Shown: one piece after another, positions 32,749 through 44,389 of the stretch
How the letters are laid out: every line of letters begins with the position of its first letter
How positions within the stretch are numbered: the first letter of the stretch is position 1
Assembly: GCA_964555845.1 (NCBI GenBank)
Contig: CAZKUA010000004.1
Coordinates: 12,544 to 76,543 of the forward strand
Source of the DNA: an uncultured Candidatus Peribacteria bacterium
GTDB taxonomy: Bacteria; Patescibacteriota; Gracilibacteria; BD1-5; UBA2023
Reading direction: 5' to 3'
Length of the DNA stretch: 64,000 nucleotides
Position numbers and translations under genes: made by a program
The notes under the pieces: generated by a model
Told to the model about the DNA's origin: nothing
Database searches by the model: none
What the model saw: the letters and a program-made list of their open reading frames with translations, nothing else

Positions 32749-34740
32749 TTACCTTCCAGTAAAAACCAAACTTCAATTTGAGGCAGAATTAATTTTTTCC
32801 ACTAAATAAAGAGCTTCTCAGATGGTGATATTTTTGTCTTTTTGGAAGTATCTATCTTTGAATTGGTCTTTCCAAGCAAATTTATATTTAACTCTGAGAG
32901 TTGTGATGTAGTCTTTATGATCTCATGTTTCATCTATAAATACCTTGTCATTATTTTTAACTAAGTCAAGTCACAGATTATCAAAAATTACTTTAGCAAA
33001 TTCGGCTCTGTTGAATTTTTTGTAGTCATCTAGTGTTTTAAAATTTGTCTTTATTTGGTTTATTTTTGAGATTATTTGGGTTTTTCTGGTGTAATTATCT
33101 CAGGATCTGAGAAATTCATAAGATAGATAATTGGTTATAATTTCTTTGACTTGTTTTCAAATTATTTCTCTATCTTGCAGTAAATATCAAGAATCAAGTC
33201 TTAATAATCATTTTTTTAGAGCGGAAATATTTTCATTAAAATAAAGATAGGATTTATCAAGATTGTTTGGATTACTTATTGTAGTTTGAGATTTCATCCG
33301 AGCTATATCATATTTTTTTCATTCCTTTGATAGTGTGAGTTTTATTGGGCTATAATCTAGTGGAATCACATTAAAAAGCAATACTCAAAATAATGTGTCA
33401 TCATACCTAAAAGTAAGCTCTTCGACTAGTTCACTATTATTACATTTTCTTACTTTTTTTCTAGATACATTACAGAATTTTACTTTTCCAGAAAGTGATT
33501 TTACTTTGTAAGTTCCATCATAGGGAATATATATTTGTTTGCTTCAAAATTTGGTTTTAAATACTATTCAGGCTAATTTTTCATCTCAGAGTGCGATATT
33601 GCTTTTAATTATAAATGAGGCATCTGTAGGATTTCCAAGCTCAGCTCATTTATAGAAATTAATTGTAATACTTCAAACCGTTTGTTTTCCAAGTTTTAAA
33701 TTAATAGTCTGAGCTCCACTTTTTAATCAAGTAATTGTAATTTCTCTAAATCAATTATCCACTGCTATTGCTTTCTCTGGAAATACTTTTACAGCAGTTT
33801 TATCATATTCAAATGCTATTCAAGTTCCTGGAAGATTTCAGCTAAATAGTCTATTAAAATATAACACATTTAATTTTGTAATATAATTTTTTCATACAAT
33901 TAAATTGTTTCCTGAAACTCATGTATTTAGCTTAAATGAATGAATTTTTAGGAATTCTGCAATTTCTTCATCGAGAATTTGTTCTCTTGTTTTAATATTT
34001 TGTTTATTGATTTTTTCTGTTTTATCCTGCATTTGTTTTATATCTTCAATTGCCTTAAATTCTCAATTACTTTCTAGAAATAATATTGGATCAATTGTGT
34101 TAGCTGTCAAGAAATCTCTACACATTCCGTCATTTACGACATCAAATATATCAACTCATTTTGAACAGACACTGTACCAATATGGGTGAGATTGGTTTGT
34201 AATATCAATTTGAAAATGTAGGTGATTTCAGTATGAATTTCAAGTAGATCACACTTCTCATATTGTTTCTCAAGCTTTAATATCTCATTTTTTAGCGAAT
34301 ATCTTATTTAGATGAGAATAATTTGAATAAACATACGTTCAATTATTTAATTTATGCTTAATCGTAACCGAATTTCACCGTCAAGCAAGCCAATTAGCCA
34401 CTATAACTTCTCAGTCTCAAATACTTCTAACTGGAGTCCCTGCACTTGTCGCGATATCAACTCCAAGATGGCTTCCATATCACACATCCCATCAATAATC
34501 GTATGTAGAACCCCATAAAATTGAATAAATTCTTCTGTAATTTGTATTATTTTTATATTTTGTATAATCTCATTTTTCAATTCTTGGAATACTAATTTTA
34601 CAATTTTCAGATAATGTATTCCACGCGCTAAATCTACATTTTGGGTCTGATACTTTATCAAATGGATATACGAAATTCCCAGCTTCCGCGAAGTTGTAAA
34701 ATGCTATAAATGCAAAAAATGATATAATTATTTTCCTCAT
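32749..34740 (-). CDS. secreted M23/LytM-family metallopeptidase with a long C-terminal extension (663 aa)
   Basis: The frame was checked line by line. Signal peptide MRKIIISFFAFIAFYNFAEA. HLGVD at 34456-34470 and HLHF at 34213-34224, with GTPVRSIGDGEVIVA and GSTGNSYGNHLHFQI. Confidence 0.85.
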
Positions 34741-34750
34741 GATTCTTAAG

Positions 34751-35293
34751 TTATAGACTACTAAACCACACAACAAAGAGTAAAATGATAGTTAGGAATA
34801 AAAATATTGAAAGAATTAAATTTACTAATTTGTTAGAATTTAAATTTTTCTCAAGTTTTTCTTTAGTTTCAGTGAGAATTTGCTTTTCTTGTTCGATTTT
34901 ATTAGTTGAGCTTTCCAGTAAAAATGCAGTTTTTTTGTATTCAACAAGAGAAATAGAATTTTTTAATTCTGCCTCAGCATTGCCTAATTTATAGGATAAA
35001 TCTTTAATTAGATTATCTTTTTGTTCCAATTTACAAACGATTTCTTGATATAGATTTTTGTATGAAACTAAATCAGTTTTGACAAATGGATTTACTTCAA
35101 CAACTCTTGATTTAATAACCTCATAATCCTCTTGAATTCATCAATTTTTCAGCACATTAACATCATCATCATTCAAAAAAACCTTTTTTCATTTTTTCTG
35201 ACTTCTAATTTTACCTGATCTAATATATCTATCAAGAGTTCTTGTCGATACATCAAGGATTTTAGCTCATTTTGTTCTGTCTATTGAATACAT
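34751..35293 (-). CDS. HTH-domain protein with coiled coil and C-terminal transmembrane anchor (180 aa)
   Basis: ATG at 35293, with an in-frame TAG just upstream. The MerR/excisionase-like HTH is AKILDVSTRTLDRYIRSGKI. The C-terminal helix is LVNLILSIFLFLTIILLFVVWF. The track ORF covers only the 3' half. Confidence 0.6.
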
Positions 35294-35352
35294 CTAATTT
35301 TTTTAATATTAAATTTCATAGATGATATTTATTTTTTAAAAATATTCAATTT

Positions 35353-35457
35353 TTATTTTTCTAATTCTTTTAAAACTTCCTCTTTTGCTTTTATAATATC
35401 TGCAGATGTAACATTTTCTAATTGTTTAAGAAAATATTTAGTTTTTATTATATTCAT
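35353..35457 (-). CDS. possible truncated RelE-like toxin remnant (34 aa)
   Basis: MNIIKTKYFLKQLENV.. resembles the N-terminus of the 108-aa protein at 41049 (MYNFIITKSFLDNQNE..). It overlaps the upstream small gene. It is very short. Confidence 0.25.
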   Translation of the reverse strand: MNIIKTKYFLKQLENVTSADIIKAKEEVLKELEK

Positions 35458-35648
35458 ATAGCAGATTTTAATCTACTATTCAATATTTTGTCATATGGAT
35501 TATTTTCTAATTCTTTTTTGGTCTTACTATCCTGATATAATTCTGATAAATAGTCATTTATAAAATAAGAAGTAATTTTTTCTAATTGCTCATTTTGAGT
35601 AACAATACTCTTATATTTATTTGGTATCTGTAAAGTTAAAGTAGTCAT
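35448..35648 (-). CDS. small antitoxin-like protein (66 aa)
   Basis: MTTLTLQIPNKYKSIV... shares its N-terminal pattern with the proteins at 40846 (MTTVKLEIPNSINKSI) and 20241. Read-through of one TGA moves the stop to TAA at 35450-35448. Confidence 0.45.
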
Positions 35649-35832
35649 AATTGTGATAAATTATATTTTAAATCTTAGAAGATTATATAAAATTTAGGAA
35701 AAAATGCAAGTAAAATAATTTTTTCTAAAATCACTTAAAAGCACAAAATCTCAGAAATATTTCCTGAGATTTTGCTATACAAATATGTTATTTTTATGTA
35801 CCAAACATAATAATAAAATAAATTAGTAGTAA

Positions 35833-35859
35833 GAGTACTTTTATTTTTGAAAAGTACTC
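35833..35859 (-). terminator. hairpin terminator downstream of the DUF5652-like gene
   Basis: A 10-bp perfect stem GAGTACTTTT / AAAAGTACTC with a 7-nt loop. Confidence 0.5.
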
Positions 35860-35901
35860 CCATATTAAACTATATTATTTTATTAAAGTCAAACAATTTT
35901 T

Positions 35902-36087
35902 TTATTTCTTTTTTTCAGAGAAAAAGTAGATATAAATAATAGGTAGGATACCCACAGAATTGATTATTAGAAGTGCTATAAACCAGTTTCTATTTCAATT
36001 TCTTGCAGCTTTCCAAAGTGCAATACCTTTCCATACAAGTTCCCAAATCATCAAAGGTATAAAATATATCAAATATTGTTTTTCCAT
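35902..36087 (-). CDS. small two-helix membrane protein, DUF5652-like (61 aa)
   Basis: MEKQYLIYFIPLMIWELVWKGIALWKAARNGNRNWFIALLIINSVGILPIIYIYFF matches the WKGxALWKAA...WFI...N(T/S)xGILxIIY pattern common in CPR genomes. Confidence 0.6.
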
Positions 36088-36222
36088 AAGGATTTTTATT
36101 AGAAATAAACACAAATATATTATTCTTTTTTCACTAATTTTCAAAAATTAAGTATATTTCTGCTTGACTTTTATATTTATTTTCTTATAAGTTAATATAT
36201 TTACAATTCTAAAATATTATCT

Positions 36223-37026
36223 ATGAACAATAAACCAACTCAAGTATCTCCACAAAATGACCAGTTTAGCACTAATAATGAAGTATTATCAGTTAAAGAC
36301 ATTAAAAAAGAATTTTTAACTATTATTGATGATTTTATTGAAGCATTAGAGAAAAGCTTGCTAAAAGTAGATTTTGATAATGTTGATATTGCTACTGCTT
36401 TATTGCAAGGGAATATTCCTATAATAAATGGTTTAACTTTAAATGAAATAGATTCCATTTTTCATCAGAAATTCTCTACAATTTTTGAAATAAAACCTTT
36501 TATTTTAAATGAAATAAATACATTTGTATCTGAATATAGCGAATTTTTCAAGTGATGAGATTTATTTAGAAAAATTTTTCATAAAAACTGAAGTTTTGAC
36601 TATATATGATGAAATCATAAAGAAGAAACAAGAAGGTTAATAGAAGTTATTTCTCATAAGTTTTGATTGGAAAAAAGTAATTTTGTTAGTCGACATCATT
36701 CTAATATTTTTAACACAGCAAAATCACATATAAAAAAGAAACTAGACAAATTAGCTAAAATTGATCTAAATATTCCTGGTTATATAGTTTTACTAATTTT
36801 TAGAAATATCTTAAATGAGCAAGAAAATGTCAAAGATTTTCTATCTTATGCTTCTATAATCCAAAATTCTTTTACTGTAAAAGATACTGCATTTTGAGAT
36901 AAAATTAATGAATTTTTTCTAAAATATTCTACTGTGGAATCTACTGTTGATAGGGTAAGTGAATCTGTATCAGATATAACAAAAGCTGGAGAATATCCAA
37001 TACAGGCTGATGAGATTCCATATTAA
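36223..37026 (+). CDS. hypothetical protein (267 aa), first gene of the MutS-like operon
   Basis: Track ORFs 36223-36555 and 36667-36897 are in one frame and join through TGA codons. The frame was checked. TAA at 37024. No recognised domain. Confidence 0.65.
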
Positions 37027-37050
37027 ATTTAATTAACCCCTACATAAACT

Positions 37051-40000
37051 ATGCATAAATTAAGATTAGGAGATTTAAAGAATTTCCAAGTATATGATAG
37101 AAAAACTGGATTGTTTAATTCTCAAGATTTAGTAGCCAAGATTATTGATTGAGAAACTATGGAAATTTTTACTCAACCAAAAAATCCAGCAGAAATTATT
37201 TCATTGTCTAAAAATAAGACTTCTCTTGATTATAAGGAAAGAAATAGTTTTAGATGTAATGAAAGAGAAGATGCTATAATAAGTAGTATTTTAAAAAATC
37301 CTTCTAAGGATTTATCTGAGATAGTTGCTCGTCAGAGAGTTTTCGATGAACTATTGTCAAGCAGAGTTGATTTAGAAAAATTAATAAAATTAAAAAGAGA
37401 AAGTGAGAGATTTTGAGAGACTTTAAAATATCTATGGTGATATGATAGAGATGAAAAGGAGCAAGCAGAAGAAGAAAGAAGGAAACCCAGAAAAAGAATA
37501 GATATTTTAAAGGAAGAAAACAAAAAATTTAGGGTAGAAAATTTTATTAAAATAGAAGAAAATTTAAGTAAATGAAAAATAGATGAAAAAACTTTTGATA
37601 AATTTATTGGTCGCGGAGATGGAATGCTTCATTTAATTAGTCTTAAAGATGAGTTTAATGACATTAATAAATTAATAGTCTATCTTAAAAAAGTAGCAAA
37701 TCCAGTTATTCAAGACTTAGCGATAAAATTAGAAACTGAATACAGACAAATAAATTTCTTGAGTGTTTCTTATTTTGTATGACTATATCTTGACTGAAAA
37801 GAAAAAGAAATAAAGAAATTTTTCACTCAAGCAGATAATCTTTTTAAGATATTAAATCAAGTATGAGCGCTATTATCCATAGCTTATAAAATAAAAGAAG
37901 ACGAATATAGCAAGGTAAGTTTTGACGAAACTAAACCAATGCAATTTAAACAAGCTTGGCAATTTGAAAGAACTAAAAAATGAAGAGATCGGTGAGATAA
38001 AGTTCCACCACAAAAATTAAATGATTCTATGGATAGCACATCTTGTAATGTGCTAGTTTGAGATATAATGTCAGGAAAAAGTTTTCAATGAGAACTTAAT
38101 AAACAATTACATATTTGTGCTCAATCAATTTGATACGCCCCTGCAAAAGAAGTTAATGTTCACATTTTTGATAGATTTGTATCGATAGACAGAGCCTTGA
38201 CTGATTCATGAAAATGACTGAGTGCTTTCGGGGAAGATATTACAAATATAAATAAATTATTAGAATTAAACAGTATATGATGAACTACATTTTTATTTAT
38301 GGACGAGTGGTGATCGACAACTTCTCCAGAAGATCAGGCGATTTTGCTTAAATCAATATTAATTTATATGACAAATAAAGGTATTAAAGTAGTTCTTGCG
38401 ACTCATAATGAAGAATTTGTAAAATATGTTAATGATAATATTAATTTTAGTGTTTATCATCTTGAAGATAAATTAAATGATGACGGAACTATAACTTTTT
38501 TGTATGAATTAAAAAAATGAATTTGAGAACATCATATTCTAGAAGCTGCAAAAACTCTCTGATTACCAGAAAGTATCCATCACACAGCACAGCAATATCT
38601 AGAATGAAATATCCTAGAGGCAAATATCCCAGAAATTAATTTTAGAGATGTTGTAAAATATACTCCTGAAGAAAGAGAAAAATTAAAACAAGAGCTAAGA
38701 AGTTTTATGTCTTTAATGCCTTATAGAGATGAAATAAAAATTATATATAAGGAAAAGGCAACAAATTATAATCGTCCTTATGAAATTACAAAATTTCCTG
38801 TTCTAAAATGGAAATATTCCATGGATAATGAAGATAGGGAAGAAAAATCAAGAAGTAATTGGGGTTGAGGAAGAGAATACACTTGATATCAACCAGAAGA
38901 AAAACCAGAATATAATAAGATATTGTCTGTAATAAGCGATGATGATGATTTTAAACGGACTCATTTTAAATGATTGAAATTAGAGCGCTATGATGATATT
39001 TGAAAATTTATAACTCAATCTCCCATAAGAAGTTCTCAAGATATTTTTGAAATTCAAAAAATGCTTGAAGAAATAGATAGATTATGAGTTGAAAAATTAG
39101 CAGAAGAAAGAATTAAATTACACAATTTTTTATGGCATTTAAACAGGTCTTTATATACAATTAGAGATTACTGAGAAAATTTTAATAACCATTTGTTTGA
39201 GGATACTTATAAGGAATTTAAGGGAGATAGTTTATCTTGAAGAAATTTTTTATATTCATTTAGATTGTTTGTTTTATCAATAAAAATAAGTCTAGAATTA
39301 TCATGACTTAAAATTGAAGATGATAGTTATTTTAAAGAACAATTAGCTAAATTTGATTTATTAATTCAATTCAAACAAAAAATAAAAGAATGGAAAAAGA
39401 GGAGAGAACAAGAAAAAAAGGATTGAGTATATGAAAAACTAAATGAAGAAGAATTTGAAATAAAACAAAATGAAAATGGTAAAGAATATAATAAGATAAT
39501 TGATGATTGTGCTAAACTTGCTTGATTTGATACATCAAAAAAAGATTGGTTTGAAATTAGTCAAATAATAACTTTTTGATGTAAACAAATTTGAAAAGAA
39601 TTTTATGAGCATTACAAAGATAAATTTAAATCTTATAATTTATTTGATATAGATTTGCAAATAGTTAAGAAATTAATGAATGAAGAAAAAGAAGCTTTAA
39701 CTAAACTTGATTGGATGTGAAATAGTGGCATTAGTTTTATATGTTGACTTTATGCGATAGTATGACAAGAAGTTGATATTTATTCAACCACAAATGAATT
39801 AAAAAAATATGACTCAGTTCATTTTCATCAAATATCTAATTTTTGGGAAAATATTTTAAAAGAAGTTTTATGAGATATAAAAACATGAGATGATATTTTT
39901 CAAATTCTCAAAGAAAGTTATAATTCGAATAAGGATGAACTAGAAAGAAGAGAAAAAATAAAATCATTTCCAAATTTTGAAAAATTATTAATAGATATGA

Positions 40001-40749
40001 TAAATTTATTAGCCATTTTTGATCTATCTAAAATGATTAAAGATAATGATTTTTGCAAAGTTAATTTTAATCAAACTGGTTCTATTGTTTTAGATGAACC
40101 TTATAATCCAAATAAAAAGCCGGAAGAACAAGTTAAAAATAAATTTTATTTCTGAGAAGATCAAAGAGTTGTAATAAAAACCGGAGCCAATATGTCCGGA
40201 AAAACTCAAAGTCTTAAACATACAATATGGCCACTCGCTTTTGCAAATGCTATCGGTTATGCTCCAGCAAAATCTATGAATACTCCATTAATTGATAAAA
40301 TTTATTGGGTAGATCGCATAAAAGCTCGCCAAGATTTAAATTTAAGTTCCGGATGAACAGAAGTTATAGTTTTAAAACAAATTTTTGAAGAAATATCAAA
40401 ATCAAAATGAATGAATATTGGATTTTTTGATGAAATGTGGTCAACTGTTCCTCCAAGATTTCAGACAGCTCTCACTTATGCAACTATTAGGGAATTTATG
40501 CAAAAATGAGTTTATATTGATATTTCTCATCATAATCACGATTTTATAAATAAATTAATGCAGAATCATCCAGAAATAACTGAATCAGTTCATTTTAAGA
40601 CAAATATAATGGATGACTGAACTGTTTCATTTGATTATAAACAAGAAAGATGACATACAAAATCTCAAGCCTTACTTGTTGCAAAAACCTGTTGATTAAT
40701 ACAAGAAATTTTGGATATAGCAGATATGATTTCAAAAGAAGCTATTTAG
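37051..40749 (+). CDS. 1232-aa protein with two MutS domain-V-type ABC ATPase modules (MutS-related, no mismatch-binding or Smr domain recognised)
   Basis: The frame was checked for every line: ATG at 37051, TAG at 40747. Module 1: GDIMSGKSF (38059-38085), FLFMDEWGSTTSPEDQ (38290-) and LATHNEEF. Module 2: GANMSGKTQ (40183-40209), GFFDEMWSTVPPRFQ (40420-) and ISHHNHDF. Both modules share the ..IGYAPAK.. segment typical of MutS ATPases. Confidence 0.8.
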
Positions 40750-40757
40750 GAAAAAAA

Positions 40758-40786
40758 ATAAAACCCGTCCGGGTTTTATTTTTTTT
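40758..40786 (+). terminator. rho-independent terminator of the MutS-like operon
   Basis: AAAACCCG-TC-CGGGTTTT followed by a long T-run. Confidence 0.8.
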
Positions 40787-40845
40787 GGTTTTGCATTTTG
40801 GAAAATTTTTATATAATAGTTTTTGTAAAATTAATTTCACTAATT

Positions 40846-41046
40846 ATGACAACAGTAAAACTTGAGATACCTAATAGCATAAATAAATCTATTTGATTAA
40901 GTGATACTCAAAATATTATCAATATTGTTGATTTATTTGAGAAATTATGAATTGATTTGAGATTTTTATTAAAAGAAAGGGCTTACCAGAAAAAATTTTT
41001 AAAGGATTTAAAAGAAAATAATTTTACTGAATCAAATAATTTTTAG
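40846..41046 (+). CDS. small antitoxin-like protein (66 aa)
   Basis: MTTVKLEIPNSINKSIGLSDTQNII... Its stop lies 2 nt before the start of the toxin-like gene. Confidence 0.5.
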
Positions 41047-41048
41047 TT

Positions 41049-41375
41049 ATGTATAATTTTATAATTACAAAAAGTTTTTTAGATAATCAAAATGAATATA
41101 TCTCAAAACTAACAGAAAAAGAATATCAAAAATTTATTAATACAAAAGCTAAATTTCAAAAAAATATTTTCGATAAATCTATTAATACTCACGATATTTA
41201 TCAGGCAAATTCCATAAAAGTTTATTCTTCTTATATAAATGAAAAAGATAGAATAATATTTTTTTATAAGAAGCCAGAGAAAATATTTTTATACAAGATA
41301 ATGACGGATCATAACTATAAAAAGCTTCTTTCAAATATAGATTTTGCACTTAAAGATTTTTTAAATAATTTCTAA
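41049..41375 (+). CDS. RelE/ParE-superfamily-like toxin (108 aa)
   Basis: An intact ORF in the track. ..SIKVYSSYINEKDRIIFFYKKPEKIFLYKIMTDHNY fits the RelE-like beta-sheet core pattern (xRixY...i.l..i..dH.Y). Confidence 0.5.
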   Translation: MYNFIITKSFLDNQNEYISKLTEKEYQKFINTKAKFQKNIFDKSINTHDIYQANSIKVYSSYINEKDRIIFFYKKPEKIFLYKIMTDHNYKKLLSNIDFALKDFLNNF

Positions 41376-41420
41376 ATTATCACTTCAATTAATTAATATT
41401 AATCAATTAATAAACAATAA

Positions 41421-43610
41421 ATGTTAAACACAGAGCAAGAAAAAGCAGTTAAGCAAACGGAGGGGCCACTTTTAATTTTGGCTTGAGCCTGAGTAGGGAA
41501 GACTCATACTTTAACTGAAAGGGTTTCTTATATGATTAAGGAAAAATGAATAAATCCTGAGAGTATTTTGTGTGTGACTTTTACGAATAAGGCGGCTCGC
41601 GAGATGAAGGAGAGAATTTGAAATTTATTGGGTGTGGATGGGGCGAGCGTAAATATTTATAGAAGTCGTAATTTTCCATTAATTGGTACTTTTCATTCGG
41701 TTTGAGTGTATTTTTTGAGGCTTTTTATTGATAGAATAGGTTATGATAAAAATTTCACAATTTGAGACGAAGATGATAAAGTGAAATTAATTAAAGAAAT
41801 TCTGGATGAGAAAAATATTGATTCAAAGGAATTTCAGGCTCGCAAAATTGCAGGAGCAATTAGCTCTGCCAAAAATGCTTGAGCGAATTCTCAAACATTT
41901 CAGGTTTCTTCTTATTACACTCAGGTTGTCAGAGATATTTTTGAAGAATATGAGAAAAAATTAAAGCAATATAATATTTTAGATTTCGATGATATCCTCA
42001 CTAATACTTACAAAATTCTACAAAACAAGGAAGTTTTAGATTATTTTCAAAATAGATTTTCGTATTTTCTCGTGGATGAGTATCAGGACACAAATGAAGT
42101 TCAATACAATATTATCAAACTTCTTGCTAGTAAATCTAGGAATTTGTGCGTTGTCTGAGATGATTGGCAGTGAATTTATTCTTGGCGTGGAGCAACAATT
42201 AAAAACATTTTACATTTCTGAAAAGATTACAAGGATTTAGTTACAGTGAAGCTTGAACAGAATTACAGATCTACAAAAAATATTATACATTGTGCGAATT
42301 GTGTAATAAAAAATAATTCTGGAATTATCGATAAAACGCTTTGGACAGACAATGAGGCCTGAGATAAAATTAATTTAATCGAAGCATTTAATGAAAAAAA
42401 TGAGGTGGAAATGGTAGCTTCAATTATTGATGAGAATATTGATAACTATAAAAATTTCGGGATTTTATACAGGACAAATGGGCAGTCTCGTCTAATTGAG
42501 GAGGCCCTGCTTTCAAAGTGAATTCCTTATAGAGTTTTCGGTTGATTGAAATTTTATGAAAGAAAGGAAATTAAAGATATTTTGGCTTATTTAAGACTTA
42601 TTGCTAATCCTGCTGATTTACTCAGTCTTAAGAGAATTATAAATATACCCTGAAGAAAAATTTGACCAAAATCAGTTGAAACTCTCGTTAATTATGCTAG
42701 AAATTATGGAGTGAGTCCACTTGAGATTATGGATAATGTGGAGGAAATTGGAGAATTATCTTCTTGAGCTAAAAAATCTATTTCTTGGTTTAAGGAAATG
42801 TACGATGACTTTGTGAAATTTTTACCAGAAAATAGTATAGAACTACTAATGAAGCACATTATAAAAACAATTTGATATGAGGATTATTTACGCGATGATT
42901 ATGACTGAGAAGAGCTCGAATGAAAACTTGATAATCTAAAAGAATTTGAGAATATGGCTTCGAGATTTACAGGATTAGAGAGTCAAGAAGCACTTAATAT
43001 GTTTTTAGAAGAAATCTCACTAATTACAGATTCATCAGATGAATGAAAAGAAAATATTAAAGTAAATCTTATGACAGTTCATCTCTCAAAATGACTTGAA
43101 TTTGATGTTGTATTTATAATCTGAGCCGAAGATGGGATTTTCCCACACTCAAGAACTTTTTCTGAGCCAAAAGAACTCGAAGAAGAAAGAAGATTAATGT
43201 ATGTAGCGATGACCAGAGCCAAAAAAGTTCTCTATATTTCAAAAGCCAGAGAAAGATATATGTTCTGAAATTATTCAGCCAATCCAGCCTCAAGATTTAT
43301 CAGAGAAATTCCAACTGAATTTCTAGAAAAGATAGCTTCATCATTTTCTTGAGACAAAAGAGATTATTTCAAAAATTCTTTCTCTCCACAATTTCTAACT
43401 AGCTCTGATAGTCTAGATTTAAAACCAAAAGTAAGAACAATAATTCACAACAATATTTCAAATTTCTCACTCTGAGACAAAATAAATCACGTGAAATTCT
43501 GAACCGGTACAATTATTTCCATGAACTGAAGTTTCGCCGACATAGCATTTTGATCTTGAGTTTGAATCAAAAAATTTAATTTAGAAATAGCACCAGTGGA
43601 GAAATTGTAG
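41421..43610 (+). CDS. pcrA: UvrD/PcrA-family ATP-dependent DNA helicase (729 aa)
   Basis: The frame was checked line by line. Walker A is LAGAGVGKTHTL, with both Gly encoded by TGA at 41484 and 41490. Also present: [27 protein letters not shown] (G is TGA), QNYRST and VHLSKGLEFD. Confidence 0.92.
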
Positions 43611-43611
43611 T

Positions 43612-43660
43612 CTTGTCATTTCCATCTTTTCTATGTCATTCCCGCGCAGGCGGGAATCTA
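43612..43660. repeat. palindromic repeat (GTCATTCCCGCGCAGGCGGGAATC) with an upstream half copy
   Basis: CTTGTCATTTCCATCTTTTCT followed by ATGTCATTCCCGCGCAGGCGGGAATCTA, starting 1 nt after the pcrA stop. Confidence 0.7.
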
Positions 43661-43759
43661 CAATTTATGAAACATTTTTTTTTGCAAAAAAACTTGACAA
43701 TTTATAAAAAAGGTTATAAATAAGTTGTTAACTAAATTTATTTTTTAATATTAAGTTTT

Positions 43760-44341
43760 ATGAATACTCCAGGTAATCAGTCATCAAGTGAAATTTATGA
43801 TTATATTTTAAAAAGTGAGAAATCACGTAGAATTTATGAAAAAGTTGTAAAGAAAAGTTCTGATCATTTTTTAGATAGATTTGTTCAGAAAATTATATGA
43901 TTATCTGATAATATCCGTGCGGAATCAGATGTTATGTATAGTGACTGAGAACGTCAAAATTATTTAGGAACAGATTGAGCAGTTTTACTAGAAAATCTTA
44001 CAGGTTTAGATAAGAATCTTGAAATTCGTTCTTCTTTGTTATTAACAAGTACTTTTAATAAAAACATAGGTTCTTATGATGAAATTAAATGATTAATAGA
44101 TGATAAGGAGGTATTTATAACTTGTAGTAGAGAAGATAAGAAAGAAGGTAGCATTTATAGTTATAAATGAGCTATAGATTGACAAAAAATTACAGATGAA
44201 GATGCTCGTATGATTTTTGAAAAATATTACGATATTGCAAAAAAGAGAACTGATAGAATTGATAATATTAGATCTGAGAATGTAAAAATTTGAATTAGAA
44301 AAAAAACTGGTGCGGCTGTAGAAGGTATTCTTAGTGTATAA
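43760..44341 (+). CDS. hypothetical protein (193 aa)
   Basis: ATG at 43760, TAA at 44339, frame checked line by line. No recognised domain. Confidence 0.6.
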
Positions 44342-44353
44342 ATAGTTTAAATT

Positions 44354-44386
44354 AAAAAAATAGCCAGCTTCGCTGGCTATTTTTTT
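44354..44386. terminator. bidirectional rho-independent terminator between convergent genes
   Basis: A7-TAGCCAGC-TTC-GCTGGCTA-T7. Confidence 0.8.
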
Positions 44387-44389
44387 AAT

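Noticed and set aside
35960-36151. 63-aa plus-strand ORF.
   Set aside because: The minus strand at the same place encodes a 61-aa protein with the conserved WKGxALWKAA...GILPIIY pattern, which explains the locus better.
40650-40865. 71-aa plus-strand ORF spanning the end of the MutS-like gene and its terminator.
   Set aside because: It is out of frame with the verified 3.7-kb CDS, runs through a strong rho-independent terminator, and its 3' end overlaps, out of frame, the start of the antitoxin-like CDS at 40846.
43635-43658. The resemblance of GTCATTCCCGCGCAGGCGGGAATC to ATTCCC-N8-GGGAAT repeats of unrelated proteobacteria could indicate contamination or chimeric assembly.
   Set aside because: The flanking genes on both sides use UGA=Gly and the same AT-rich composition, and variant copies with compensatory stem changes occur at three loci. 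The repeat is native.
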